Assembly (NCBI GenBank): GCA_021323375.2
Contig: JAJPCT020000025.1
Span: 22,583-86,582, forward strand
DNA length: 64,000 bases
Origin: Candidatus Wolframiiraptor gerlachensis
GTDB taxonomy: Archaea > Thermoproteota > Nitrososphaeria_A > Caldarchaeales > Wolframiiraptoraceae
Direction: 5' to 3'
Shown here: positions 42,254-50,935 of the stretch, piece after piece
How the letters are laid out: each line of letters starts with the position of its first letter
Position numbering within the stretch: position 1 is the first letter of the stretch
Notes under the pieces: model-generated
Databases searched by the model: none
Told to the model about the DNA's origin: nothing
What the model saw: the letters and a program-made list of their open reading frames with translations, nothing else
Translations under genes and position numbers: made by a program

Positions 42254-43407
42254 AGCTGATTGAATGTCACAACCTTGACGTTGTCAGAGGGCTTCGAGAT
42301 ATCCCCTATCCTGACGCCTATCAGGTAAACCTCATCCGGCCTCCCCGAGAGTATATCGACTAGCCTCTGCGTGACTATTCCATCGAATATCACGTATTTC
42401 ACGGAGTCCTTATAGTTCTCGAGCTCTTGGGCTAGCTCGCTTACTGGCACCCTCTTAAGTTCGTTCAAGCCCTCATCCAGCAGGACGGCCATAAGCCTCT
42501 CCTTAACCTCATCAACATATCTCCTAATCTCCTCGGGGAGCTCGACGCGCTCCCTCTCAACGGCCTTAGGCATCTTCAAGCCCTTCAGGGCCTCCTCAAG
42601 CGGCACAGCGCGGTGAAGGGCATCCGAGATCTCCTTTCCAGTCAGTTCCTCAACCTCCTTACCATAAGGCGCTCGAGCAACCTCATCGATCTTCACACCG
42701 GAGCTATGCAGCTGATAGAGTATCATGTCTCCGCCCCTATCCCCATCCAAGAAGGCTATGACCCTCCTCTTCCTGTTGGCGAGGTTTTTAACATATTCAG
42801 GTATCTTTATCCCCTCAACCGCTATGACGTTCGTGTAGCCATGCCTGAGCAGGTTTATCACATCAGCCCTCCCCTCAACTATTATCAGCTCATCGCTCTT
42901 CTCGGCGTCCGGGCCTGCTGGAATCCTCTCGGGCCCCAGCTCAATCATCTTTGCCCTCAACAATGACTCCTCGAGCTCCTTCAGGATCTCATCCTCCTCG
43001 GGGATCTTGCTCTTCTCCCACTCGTAGAGTATAGCCCTAGCCCTCTCGACAATCTTCCTACGCTTCTCAGCCCTGAGATCATGAATCTTCTCAATCTTCA
43101 CGGATGCGGTATACGGTCCCACGCGCTCAATACTCTCAATCATGGCGGCTATAAGCGCCGTTGAGTACTTGTCAAGCGCGGTCGGCACTATGATCTTGCC
43201 AAAAGTCTTCTTATCCTGGACATTGACCGTTATCTCTATCCTCCCGATCCTCCCGCTCTTCTGAAGCTCCCTTAGATCAAACTCACTGCTAAAAAGCCCC
43301 TCAGTCTGGCCGAAGACCGCGCCAACAACATCGTTCTTATCCACTACGCCATTAACCTCGATTCTAGCCTCGATAAGATACTTCATCGAAGGTGCTCCAG
43401 CGCTCAA
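42250..43407 (-). CDS. dnaG: Archaeal DnaG-type primase/exosome subunit
   Basis: 'GAVFGQTEGL', 'GRIGRI', TOPRIM 'VEGRADV' and 'DGDRGG'. Confidence 0.93.
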   Translation of the reverse strand: MSAGAPSMKYLIEARIEVNGVVDKNDVVGAVFGQTEGLFSSEFDLRELQKSGRIGRIEITVNVQDKKTFGKIIVPTALDKYSTALIAAMIESIERVGPYTASVKIEKIHDLRAEKRRKIVERARAILYEWEKSKIPEEDEILKELEESLLRAKMIELGPERIPAGPDAEKSDELIIVEGRADVINLLRHGYTNVIAVEGIKIPEYVKNLANRKRRVIAFLDGDRGGDMILYQLHSSGVKIDEVARAPYGKEVEELTGKEISDALHRAVPLEEALKGLKMPKAVERERVELPEEIRRYVDEVKERLMAVLLDEGLNELKRVPVSELAQELENYKDSVKYVIFDGIVTQRLVDILSGRPDEVYLIGVRIGDISKPSDNVKVVTFNQL

Positions 43408-43550
43408 ACCCTATTCCTCCCATGAGCATCAACACAAGCTCCAGCTACATTCATCAGCGGATCCTATTAAATGTAAGGTAAGGGAGCCCGGCCCCGGGGG
43501 CGAGAACTATTAGAAGACCCTCAGTATAAGTAAGGAGATGAGGCGCATAG

Positions 43551-43606
43551 GTGATGAGCCTCTACCGGGCTGAGAAAAGCGAATGATGAAAATATGCACG
43601 TTCTGA
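43551..43606 (+). ncRNA. Box C/D guide sRNA
   Basis: C GTGATGA - 12 nt - D' CTGA - C' ATGATGA - 13 nt - D CTGA. Confidence 0.85.
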
Positions 43607-43758
43607 AAACGGAAAGCTCACAATACAGAAGAAGGGGAGGAGGCTGGGGTTTAGGTTGAGTCCATCCTTAGGTCTACTGTTGGTGGCACACCCCGCTCAA
43701 TTCTCAAAATTGAGCCGATATTAAGGAGGAATACTCGAGCAGGCTACACCGAGAATTC

Positions 43759-44037
43759 GTGGAGATCGCGGAGGTGCCGGAGGAGACATCCATGGAGGAG
43801 CATAGCCGGCTGCAGGAAGCCGAGCATAAGGCCCCGGAGCGTCAAGAGGCTATCATGATGGAGGGCAGGGCTGAGCAGGAATCAGCTGCCGAGCAAAGTA
43901 TTCAGGAGATCGAGCTCCCCACCGCAAAGATAAGCGAGCTCCAAGAGCTTCTAGAGATGAGTAAAGAGCTCAAAAAGGAGGTTCAAAGGCTGGTAGAGGC
44001 CTTAAATTCGGCGAAAAACCACAAAAGAGTTAATTAG
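43759..44037 (+). CDS. Hypothetical acidic coiled-coil protein
   Basis: 92-aa ORF; may be a fragment. Confidence 0.4.
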   Translation: MEIAEVPEETSMEEHSRLQEAEHKAPERQEAIMMEGRAEQESAAEQSIQEIELPTAKISELQELLEMSKELKKEVQRLVEALNSAKNHKRVN

Positions 44038-44063
44038 AGCCTAGGAAAAGACACAAGATAGCC

Positions 44064-44201
44064 CCCGCGGTAGCTCAGCCTGGTAGACTCCTAAGGGGGC
44101 CAACAGCGCCCGGCTGTAGCCCGCGCCCAAAGAGGCGCGGCACTCAGCCTACCAGGCGGACAGACACCGGGTGGCCGCAGGTTCAAATCCTGCCCGCGGG
44201 A
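44064..44201 (+). tRNA. tRNA-Tyr(GTA) with two introns (44087-44104 in the D-arm; 44120-44165 at 37/38)
   Basis: CCCGCGG...CCGCGGG-A; both introns bounded by BHB motifs (TGGT/GCCA; CTGT/ACAG). Confidence 0.88.
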
Positions 44202-45527
44202 TACAACCACCACCCCTTCCTCTTTTTCAGCTCTTCTGCGCATTGGGCTGGTGTGTAGGTGGTTTTCGACAGGCTCTCCCAGCTCCATATAATTTTTAAT
44301 TGGTCGGTTGATAGAGGTCCTGAGGATTGTGAAACGACCTTTCGGCTGAATCCTTTCAATAAGGCAGCTATCCATCGCCCGTAGGGTTTCAGTTTGAGGT
44401 TGGTAGAGATAACTCCTAGATCTATGAGTTGCTCGATTTCCCTCTCGATGAGATCTATGGGTGGGAGTTGCCCTAGGGATATTCCCATGATTACCGAGAG
44501 ATGAACAAAGTTTAGTTTCTTGAAGAGCTGCTCGTTGATGAATTGGAAGAACCCGGCTTTCTTGCGTTTGCTTTTTAGGGTCTTGCTTTTATTGATAGCG
44601 AATGATAGAAGGTTTCTGCTAATGTATAGTAGGGCGGCAGGCGCAAAATACCTAGTCACCGGCAATTCTCGTTGATAAGGCTTCCTAGATACCTCACCAT
44701 AGGCTTGACGCAGCATGTCACTGAGGTTTCCTCCAATTTTGGAAAATCTTAAGCCATTTTCTTCATAAATTACCCCCAAGCATTTGAGCTTCTGAATTGT
44801 GGGTTTAGAGTCTGGCACCAGTTCCTTAAATACCCTCTCGACGATTATGTTAGGCGCCCTTAGGAGTCTAGCTCCTAACAATATATAGGTTATATCCGTG
44901 CTGTTAAGGGCCCCTATAATCCACTTTGCTACACCCTTCAGGTTTAATTGTCTGACTACGTGCTCACCACTAATTGTTGTTAATTCGTCTCTAAGCCTCA
45001 GTGCATAATTTTGGAGTTCCCTTTCTTCCTCGATCGCCCATTCGTTAACCTCGTAAATCGTTCTTACTATTTCGGCCGCCAAATCCCCTATCCGATAATC
45101 CTGCATTGGAGCAATTTGTACCTCAAGCCATTTGCCGTTATGTTTTACTTGCTTAACATCGTATCTTAAATCCTCAAGCATTCTTGATAGACGTGTAAAG
45201 TATTCTGACTGCTCCAGAAGACTATTGTATTTTTCGAAGCATATCGAGCATCTGAACGAATCTCTATTAATTGTGAAGTACATGCGGGGGCCGTCGTTGA
45301 ACTTTATCTTGCGGGCAACGTAGTCGCAGGAGATCGTTAACTTTTTGGGTATTTCACGAAACTTTACGTCGCGGATGAGTTTTAGAACCTCTCCTTCAGG
45401 ATCTCGCAGTTCGTAAGAGCGCTCTCCCTCTTCGTACCACTTATGAATTATCATTTTGAATGGCTGGCCCTTGATTATGACTACACCATCATCGGGCTTT
45501 AGCCGGATCTTTCTAAAAAGCACCACT
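44183..45527 (-). CDS. Orphan ~450-aa protein with possible wHTH-like segments
   Basis: Long open frame (track ORF 44183-45970); start probably near 'VVLFRKIRL' because the upstream frame crosses hairpin DNA; stop falls inside the tRNA T-loop. Confidence 0.6.
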
Positions 45528-45665
45528 AACGGAAAGGTTCGAGAAGGGTTATTTTTGATTAACTCGATTATGAAAGATGCGCTTAAATATTTGTTTTCAT
45601 ATATCTTAATTGGTTGGCCAGCGAGGTAAAGGGGGTAGTATGCCCATAGGCCAACTGGGCGGTTG

Positions 45666-45733
45666 GGCGAGTAATCGGCTCGCCAAGCTGGGGTGGTAAT
45701 CGCCCACCCGATTGGCAGGGTAATCGTCCCTGC
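45666..45733. repeat. Three tandem 6-bp hairpins with a conserved TAATCGN loop
   Basis: GGCGAG-TAATCGG-CTCGCC; GGGTGG-TAATCGC-CCACCC; GCAGGG-TAATCGT-CCCTGC; period 25/24 nt. Confidence 0.9.
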
Positions 45734-45776
45734 ACAAGTAATTCTAGAAGAAGCTCCGAAGTAAAGAGGCGTCACA

Positions 45777-46673
45777 ATGACATCCGTAAGAAGTATCAAT
45801 GCTAGGGGATCCGCTGGCTCCCGCCTCTCTGGGGGGTTGGGGCGGGAGCTCCCGCCGCTCCTCCAAAGATATCTCTGTAAAGGGCGGTTAAGGCTTGTTA
45901 CAATCGATGTTAACGTTGAGGATGTAACAATAGCTGAGGTAGAAGTTTTACAGCTGATACACGTAGTCAAATACTACAGGGTTCGAAGGAACACGGGCAA
46001 ACTACTGTTTGTGAGAAAGGTGAACAGACGCTCGATGAGGCTGCATGGTAGACCAGCATCCTCATGGCTCAAATATGCTAAAAACCTCGACAATGACTGG
46101 ATCAATAAATCAGTTGGGTTAGTTAAGAAGTTGGTTCGGAGCGCTGACGCGGTGGTAATCGAGGAACTCGACAGTAAACAGCTGAAGTTAAAGTTGAAAT
46201 CCAAAGACCCTGAGAAAGCACTTCTATTTAGCTCCTGGCCGATAGCTAAGATTGTCAGGCGAATAACGGCAATGGCGAGGAAAGCGGGAAAGCTTCTAAC
46301 AGTCCCACCTCATTATAGCAGTAGGCTCTGCCCTAAATGTAATTCGATGATGAAGCACGAGAGCGGGAGATGGGACAGATTAAGGTGCGAAAGGTGCGGG
46401 TTTACTGATGACCGAGATCACGTAGCTGTGAGGAACTTGGCCCGAACAGCATTGCTTCTGAACGGGCTCCATTACCTGGCAACAATACTTGGAAGTCAGC
46501 TAAGAGATTACAGAAGAGCGCTTAAGGACGCCCTCGCCCAAGACCCCGAGTTTCAGGCCCCATCACTCGGAGGGGAAGGGGAGGCACCCTCCCCAAGTAC
46601 CCTCCGGGTAGGGCCTGGGCCCGAGGGTACTTGGGCGGGGGTTGTTAATGAGCTTTTCTCCAATGGCGGGTGA
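45777..46673 (+). CDS. Minimal TnpB/Cas12f-like RuvC-zinc-finger protein lacking WED/REC
   Basis: RuvC-I 'VTIDVN', RuvC-II 'VVIEEL', 'VPPHYSSRLCPKC...CERCG', RuvC-III 'DRDHVAVRNL'. Confidence 0.8.
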   Translation: MTSVRSINARGSAGSRLSGGLGRELPPLLQRYLCKGRLRLVTIDVNVEDVTIAEVEVLQLIHVVKYYRVRRNTGKLLFVRKVNRRSMRLHGRPASSWLKYAKNLDNDWINKSVGLVKKLVRSADAVVIEELDSKQLKLKLKSKDPEKALLFSSWPIAKIVRRITAMARKAGKLLTVPPHYSSRLCPKCNSMMKHESGRWDRLRCERCGFTDDRDHVAVRNLARTALLLNGLHYLATILGSQLRDYRRALKDALAQDPEFQAPSLGGEGEAPSPSTLRVGPGPEGTWAGVVNELFSNGG

Positions 46674-46769
46674 TGGAGCCAGCCGGCGCCCCAGCCGTCA
46701 ACCCCCTTTAGGGTTGATGACATCGGGGCGGCAGGCAGCCGGACGCGCCGCGGGAGAGTCTTGGGCGAG
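46533..46769 (+). ncRNA. Structured RNA overlapping the 3' end of the TnpB-like ORF (omegaRNA-like position)
   Basis: 12-bp closing stem CTCGCCCAAGAC/GTCTTGGGCGAG; internal 13-bp CCCAAGTACCCTC/GAGGGTACTTGGG and other nested stems. Confidence 0.65.
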
Positions 46770-46820
46770 ATAAAAAGGTTTACCGGCAAAGGATCGGTCG
46801 CCGATAACCCCCTCCTTTAC

Positions 46821-46846
46821 CTCTTTTTCTCTCCTCTTCTTTTTTC
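46821..46846 (+). terminator. Pyrimidine/T-rich archaeal terminator
   Basis: CTCTTTTTCTCTCCTCTTCTTTTTTC. Confidence 0.55.
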
Positions 46847-47121
46847 TAGTACGATTTGTTAGTTATTTCCAGCCTCTTAAGCGGATGTTGGGGTTGTTAT
46901 CCGGATATCCCTAGTGATTTGCTTAAATCTTCGAGCGTTGTTTCAGGGCTTCATCTTAGTGGCTTTCTCGCCTATTACGGCATCCGATAAGATGGTTGAG
47001 GGACGGATAATAATACTCTGGGAGAAGGATATGTAGCCTGCCGGGGAATCCACGGGGCTAGTTAGTTTTAGTTTTTGACTTCAGACGGGTATAACCGAAT
47101 ATAGAGTTATATTGAGTTTTT

Positions 47122-48198
47122 GTGGTCTATTTAGGTGAGATGAGGTCTAATGTGGAGTTGAGGCGTGTTCAGATTACTGGGGGTTCTACCTATATAGTTT
47201 CTCTCCCGAAGGATTGGGCTGAGAGTCTGGGCCTTAAGCCAGGCGATTATATCCAGATTGTGAGGCAGCCGGATATGAGCCTGCTCCTAATCCCGGGTGG
47301 CGGCAAGGTCAATAGGCCTGTCGAGGCGTTCATAGATGCCTCCTCGGCCAGCTCCCTCGGCGAGGTGGTCCGTGAGTTCATATCATGCTACTTGGCGGGC
47401 TATGATGTCATCAGGGTGAAGTTTGGGCAGAGGGTTGACGAGTATAAGGCGTATTTGAAGGCTGTGATGAGGAGTAAGCTGATAGGGCTGGAAACAGTCG
47501 AGGAGTCGACGGACTGCATGGTTGTTAGATGTCTGCTCGGCCTGGTCGAGTTCCCGGTTAAGGATGCTATCAGCAGGATGCACTCCATGGTGGCCTCCAT
47601 GTGCATGGATGCTTTAAAGGCGTTAAGGCTTCAAGACTCGTCACTTGCAAAGGACGTTATCCAGAGGGATGATGAGATTGATAGGCTCTACTTCTTCGTC
47701 GTGAGGGGATTAAAGATGGCGGTTGAGAACAGGATATTCATGAGGGATATGGGGATGAGCCCGAGGGAGTGCCTCGGATACAGGGTAATAGTCAAGAGCA
47801 TGGAGAGGATCGCCGACCACGCGGCGAGGATAGCGAAGCTCTCGATGTCCATGAACCTTGCGAACGCCTCAAATCTTATAAACAAGGTGGTGGAGGTTGC
47901 TGATCTCTCACTGAAAATCTACGAGAGCTCGATGGAGTCTCTCTTAAAGATGAACTCTAAACAGGCAAATGCCGTGATTGAGGAGGTTGAAAGATTTCAC
48001 GAGCTCGAGTCAAAGGCCGTGAATGAAGTCCTGTCCTCGAGGCTTGATGCCAAGACCTTAACGGGGCTGAGGCTCGTCCTCGAGAGCCTCAGGAGGATAG
48101 CGGATTATAGCGCTGACATAGCGGAGATAGTCATGAATCTCGCTACAATGCCGAGATATCATACCGCTGCAGGGCCGGCAGCGGCTGAGGAAACTTAA
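47122..48198 (+). CDS. phoU: AbrB-PhoU phosphate uptake regulator
   Basis: 'RRVQITGGSTYIVSLPKDW', 'DDEIDRLY', 'ERIADHA', 'RRIADYS'. Confidence 0.9.
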   Translation: MVYLGEMRSNVELRRVQITGGSTYIVSLPKDWAESLGLKPGDYIQIVRQPDMSLLLIPGGGKVNRPVEAFIDASSASSLGEVVREFISCYLAGYDVIRVKFGQRVDEYKAYLKAVMRSKLIGLETVEESTDCMVVRCLLGLVEFPVKDAISRMHSMVASMCMDALKALRLQDSSLAKDVIQRDDEIDRLYFFVVRGLKMAVENRIFMRDMGMSPRECLGYRVIVKSMERIADHAARIAKLSMSMNLANASNLINKVVEVADLSLKIYESSMESLLKMNSKQANAVIEEVERFHELESKAVNEVLSSRLDAKTLTGLRLVLESLRRIADYSADIAEIVMNLATMPRYHTAAGPAAAEET

Positions 48199-48223
48199 AT
48201 ATCGTGGCAAAAAGTCCATTCCT

Positions 48224-49129
48224 TTGATGAAGATCTTTCTCGATACGGCTGAGATTGAGGAGATAAAGTTCGCGGCCTCGCTGGGCGTGATTGATGGAGT
48301 TACGACAAATCCATCCCTGATAAAGCAGGCTGTTGATAAGCGAAGTGGATCAATAAACATGGAGGAGTATATCAAGGAGATACTGAGAACTTCTCCAGGG
48401 CCGGTCAGCTTAGAGGTGATAAGCGTATCATACGAGAAGATGGTTGAAGAGGCTAAGCTTCTCTATGAAAAGTTTGCTGGATATGGGGAGGTCGTGATAA
48501 AGATCCCGGTATGTCCAAGTCTCGATGGTGAGAGCAACATCTATGATGGCTTGAGGGCCATAAAGACTTTGAGCGAGCTAGGAATCCCGGTGAACGCGAC
48601 CTTGGTAATGACGCCGGAGCAGGCCCTGCTCGCGGCGAAGGCAGGCGCAGCTTATGTAAGCCCGTTCGCGGGCAGGATTGACGACTACCTGAGGGATAAG
48701 CTGGGTATGAAGAGGGGCAAGGACTACAATAAGGAAGATTACTATGACTTTGAGCTGATGGGAATGCTGGAGGCGGAGAAGCTAGGCAGGGTAATATCTT
48801 CGCTTGAGCTTGATTCCTTGGCCAAGGCTTATCTGGATGAGCGGGTGAGGAGCACAGCCGCGCTCGCGAATGACAATGGAATATACAGCGGCGTGGATCT
48901 CGTGCGATCAATACTACAAATATTCTCAAACTATGGATTCAAGACTGAGGTCATCGCCTCAAGCATGAGAAACGCGAGGCAGGTTAGAGAAGTCGCGGAG
49001 CTCGGGGTCCACATAGTAACGATACCTTTCTACGTCTTAAAGGAGATGCTCTTACACTACAAGACAATAGAGGGGATAAATGCCTTCGTTAAGGACGTTG
49101 TCGAGCCTTACAGGAAGATATTCGAGTAG
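48224..49129 (+). CDS. tal: Transaldolase (FSA/TalC type) with internal insertion
   Basis: 'IFLDTA', 'GVTTNPSL', 'IKIP', 'YVSPFAGRIDD', 'ASSMR'. Confidence 0.9.
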   Translation: MMKIFLDTAEIEEIKFAASLGVIDGVTTNPSLIKQAVDKRSGSINMEEYIKEILRTSPGPVSLEVISVSYEKMVEEAKLLYEKFAGYGEVVIKIPVCPSLDGESNIYDGLRAIKTLSELGIPVNATLVMTPEQALLAAKAGAAYVSPFAGRIDDYLRDKLGMKRGKDYNKEDYYDFELMGMLEAEKLGRVISSLELDSLAKAYLDERVRSTAALANDNGIYSGVDLVRSILQIFSNYGFKTEVIASSMRNARQVREVAELGVHIVTIPFYVLKEMLLHYKTIEGINAFVKDVVEPYRKIFE

Positions 49130-49163
49130 AAGCTCTGCAGCCCATGCCTTGTTTCTTATCAGC

Positions 49164-49424
49164 TTAGCCCTCCTTGTGTATTGTTAATTCTCTGCGCATG
49201 CTTTCCCTAAGGGCTGTGAGTTCGGCGACCTCTCTCTGAAGCTTTATCCTCTCATTTTCCAGCTCTAGTATCTTGTCCCTGAGTTCCTTAAGCCTCTTCT
49301 CAAGCTCCTCTATCTGGCTCTTCAGTTCATCATATCTCTTGATCTCGGAGGACATTTTCCAAGCTAGGATAAATCTGGATAGCTCATCTTCATTTCCCGA
49401 GAAGATTACTTGGAAGTTCGCCAT
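49164..49424 (-). CDS. Small coiled-coil protein
   Basis: Heptad-rich 86-aa ORF. Confidence 0.55.
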   Translation of the reverse strand: MANFQVIFSGNEDELSRFILAWKMSSEIKRYDELKSQIEELEKRLKELRDKILELENERIKLQREVAELTALRESMRRELTIHKEG

Positions 49425-49555
49425 GGTTCCCTTGTCTAATGTTCGTCTCCCTTCCTAAAAACGATTTCATGGGAAGTTTTCTCGATTCTCGTTAAGCAGG
49501 TTCGCTTTCCTAATCAATGCTTAAGAATGTGAATGAGGGCGGTTGGCGGCGAGAG

Positions 49556-50935
49556 TTGCCGAAGATACTTGATACGACTCTCAGGGAGGGCGAGCTGTAT
49601 AAGCGGTTTAGGCGCGAGGTTAGGGCTAAGATCGCGGAGCTTCTGGCCTGCATAGGTGTTGATAGGGTTGAGCTGACAATAGATTATCCCCCAAGAACCA
49701 CCCGCGAGGATGTTGAAGCCGTGATAGATGCTCTTAGGAGCTATGAGGTCGAGATCGTGTTACATGGGAGGGCATATAGACAGGATGTCGAGGCGGCTGC
49801 GAAGTATGATGTGGAGGGCGTAGGAGTTTACCTTGCGCCGACGGAACTTCATAGACGTTTTAAGCTCGGCGGGATAAGTTTCGAGGAGGCGAAGAGGAGG
49901 CTTGAGGAGGCCCTAGAGCTCGCGGTCTCCTACGGCTTCAAATACAGGAGGGCCACGATCGAGGATGCATCGAGGTATTATCTCGGCGAGGATGGGGGTA
50001 TCGAGGCCCTAGCCAGGCTCGTGGATGATCTGGGGGAGGCTGGGGCGACTGTTGTAAGTGTCCCGGATACATGTGGGATGCTCACCCCACCTCAGGCGCG
50101 GGAGTTCTTCGAAAGGCTCGTGGCCCTTTGTAGAACACCGCTCTCAGCGCATTTCCATAATGATTATGGCTATGCCTCGGCGAACACGATTGAGGCGGCC
50201 CTAGTGGGGGCGGATGAGCTCCATGTCTCGATACTCGGCATAGGCGATAGGAATGGGATAGCGGACCTATACGAGGTCGCAGCACCGCTAATCGACATCC
50301 ACGGCTTCGATCTTAGGATCAGACGAGACAAGCTGAGAGAGCTCTATGAGACCTTCTCCAAGCTCACGGGAATAAGGATACCATTCAGACATCCATTAAG
50401 CAGGGAAGCCCAGACAATCCGCGCGGGAGTCCATCAATCCATGGCCCTGAAGGCACCCGAGGGCTATGTCCCAATAGGGAAGCTGAGGCATGACTTTGAC
50501 AGGCTCTACTTCGAGGCCACGACCTACCTGAGTAAGAGGCTCATCCAGAAGGCCCTCAAGAATGATGTGGATGATGAGGTGCTCCAAGAAGCATCCTCCA
50601 TGATCGCGAGGCTCGCCGAGCAGAAGGGCGGGGAGCTTGGCCCGAGAGAGGTTGCGGAGACCCTCAAGAGCATGAACTTGGAAGTTGATGAGCTCACCCT
50701 GCAGAAGCTCCTGAAGCCCCAGAAGGCCTACATCCTCCTAAACCTCGATCCAAGGTTCCCGGTAAGGGAGAAGATACCAGAGATACTGAGCTGGAGCGAG
50801 GTGGATCAGGTGGATGAAGTTTACGGAGACGCAGACCTGATAATAACCGCCAGGCTCGAGGACGATGTCATCGAGAGGGTTAAGAAGCTCTTCGGCGACG
50901 CGATCCTGGGGATTAGGACGCTTATCGCCGACTAG
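49556..50935 (+). CDS. DRE-TIM enzyme (homocitrate/isopropylmalate synthase-like) with C-terminal RAM/Lrp-type domain
   Basis: 'LDTTLREGE', 'PDTCG', 'HFHND.G', 'GIGDRNG'; C-terminal 'EVYGDADLII'. Confidence 0.8.
   Translation: MPKILDTTLREGELYKRFRREVRAKIAELLACIGVDRVELTIDYPPRTTREDVEAVIDALRSYEVEIVLHGRAYRQDVEAAAKYDVEGVGVYLAPTELHRRFKLGGISFEEAKRRLEEALELAVSYGFKYRRATIEDASRYYLGEDGGIEALARLVDDLGEAGATVVSVPDTCGMLTPPQAREFFERLVALCRTPLSAHFHNDYGYASANTIEAALVGADELHVSILGIGDRNGIADLYEVAAPLIDIHGFDLRIRRDKLRELYETFSKLTGIRIPFRHPLSREAQTIRAGVHQSMALKAPEGYVPIGKLRHDFDRLYFEATTYLSKRLIQKALKNDVDDEVLQEASSMIARLAEQKGGELGPREVAETLKSMNLEVDELTLQKLLKPQKAYILLNLDPRFPVREKIPEILSWSEVDQVDEVYGDADLIITARLEDDVIERVKKLFGDAILGIRTLIAD

Larger units (their letters stand above)
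44202..46860. mobile_element. Low-GC island at the 3' end of tRNA-Tyr
   Basis: Abrupt composition shift; orphan ORF plus TnpB-like ORF; no integrase or clear attR found. Confidence 0.6.

Noticed and set aside
45666-45733. CRISPR or TIGR array interpretation of the triple hairpins
   Set aside because: Units are 24-25 nt with self-complementary variable parts and no free spacers, and no cas genes are present. Reported instead as an unexplained hairpin array.
45528-45970. N-terminal ~150 aa of track ORF 44183-45970
   Set aside because: Crosses hairpin DNA and is antisense to the RuvC ORF; likely a non-coding extension.
46748-46755. CCGCGGGA as an attR duplicate of the tRNA-Tyr 3' end
   Set aside because: Only 8 nt in GC-rich DNA and part of the structured RNA; not a convincing att site.
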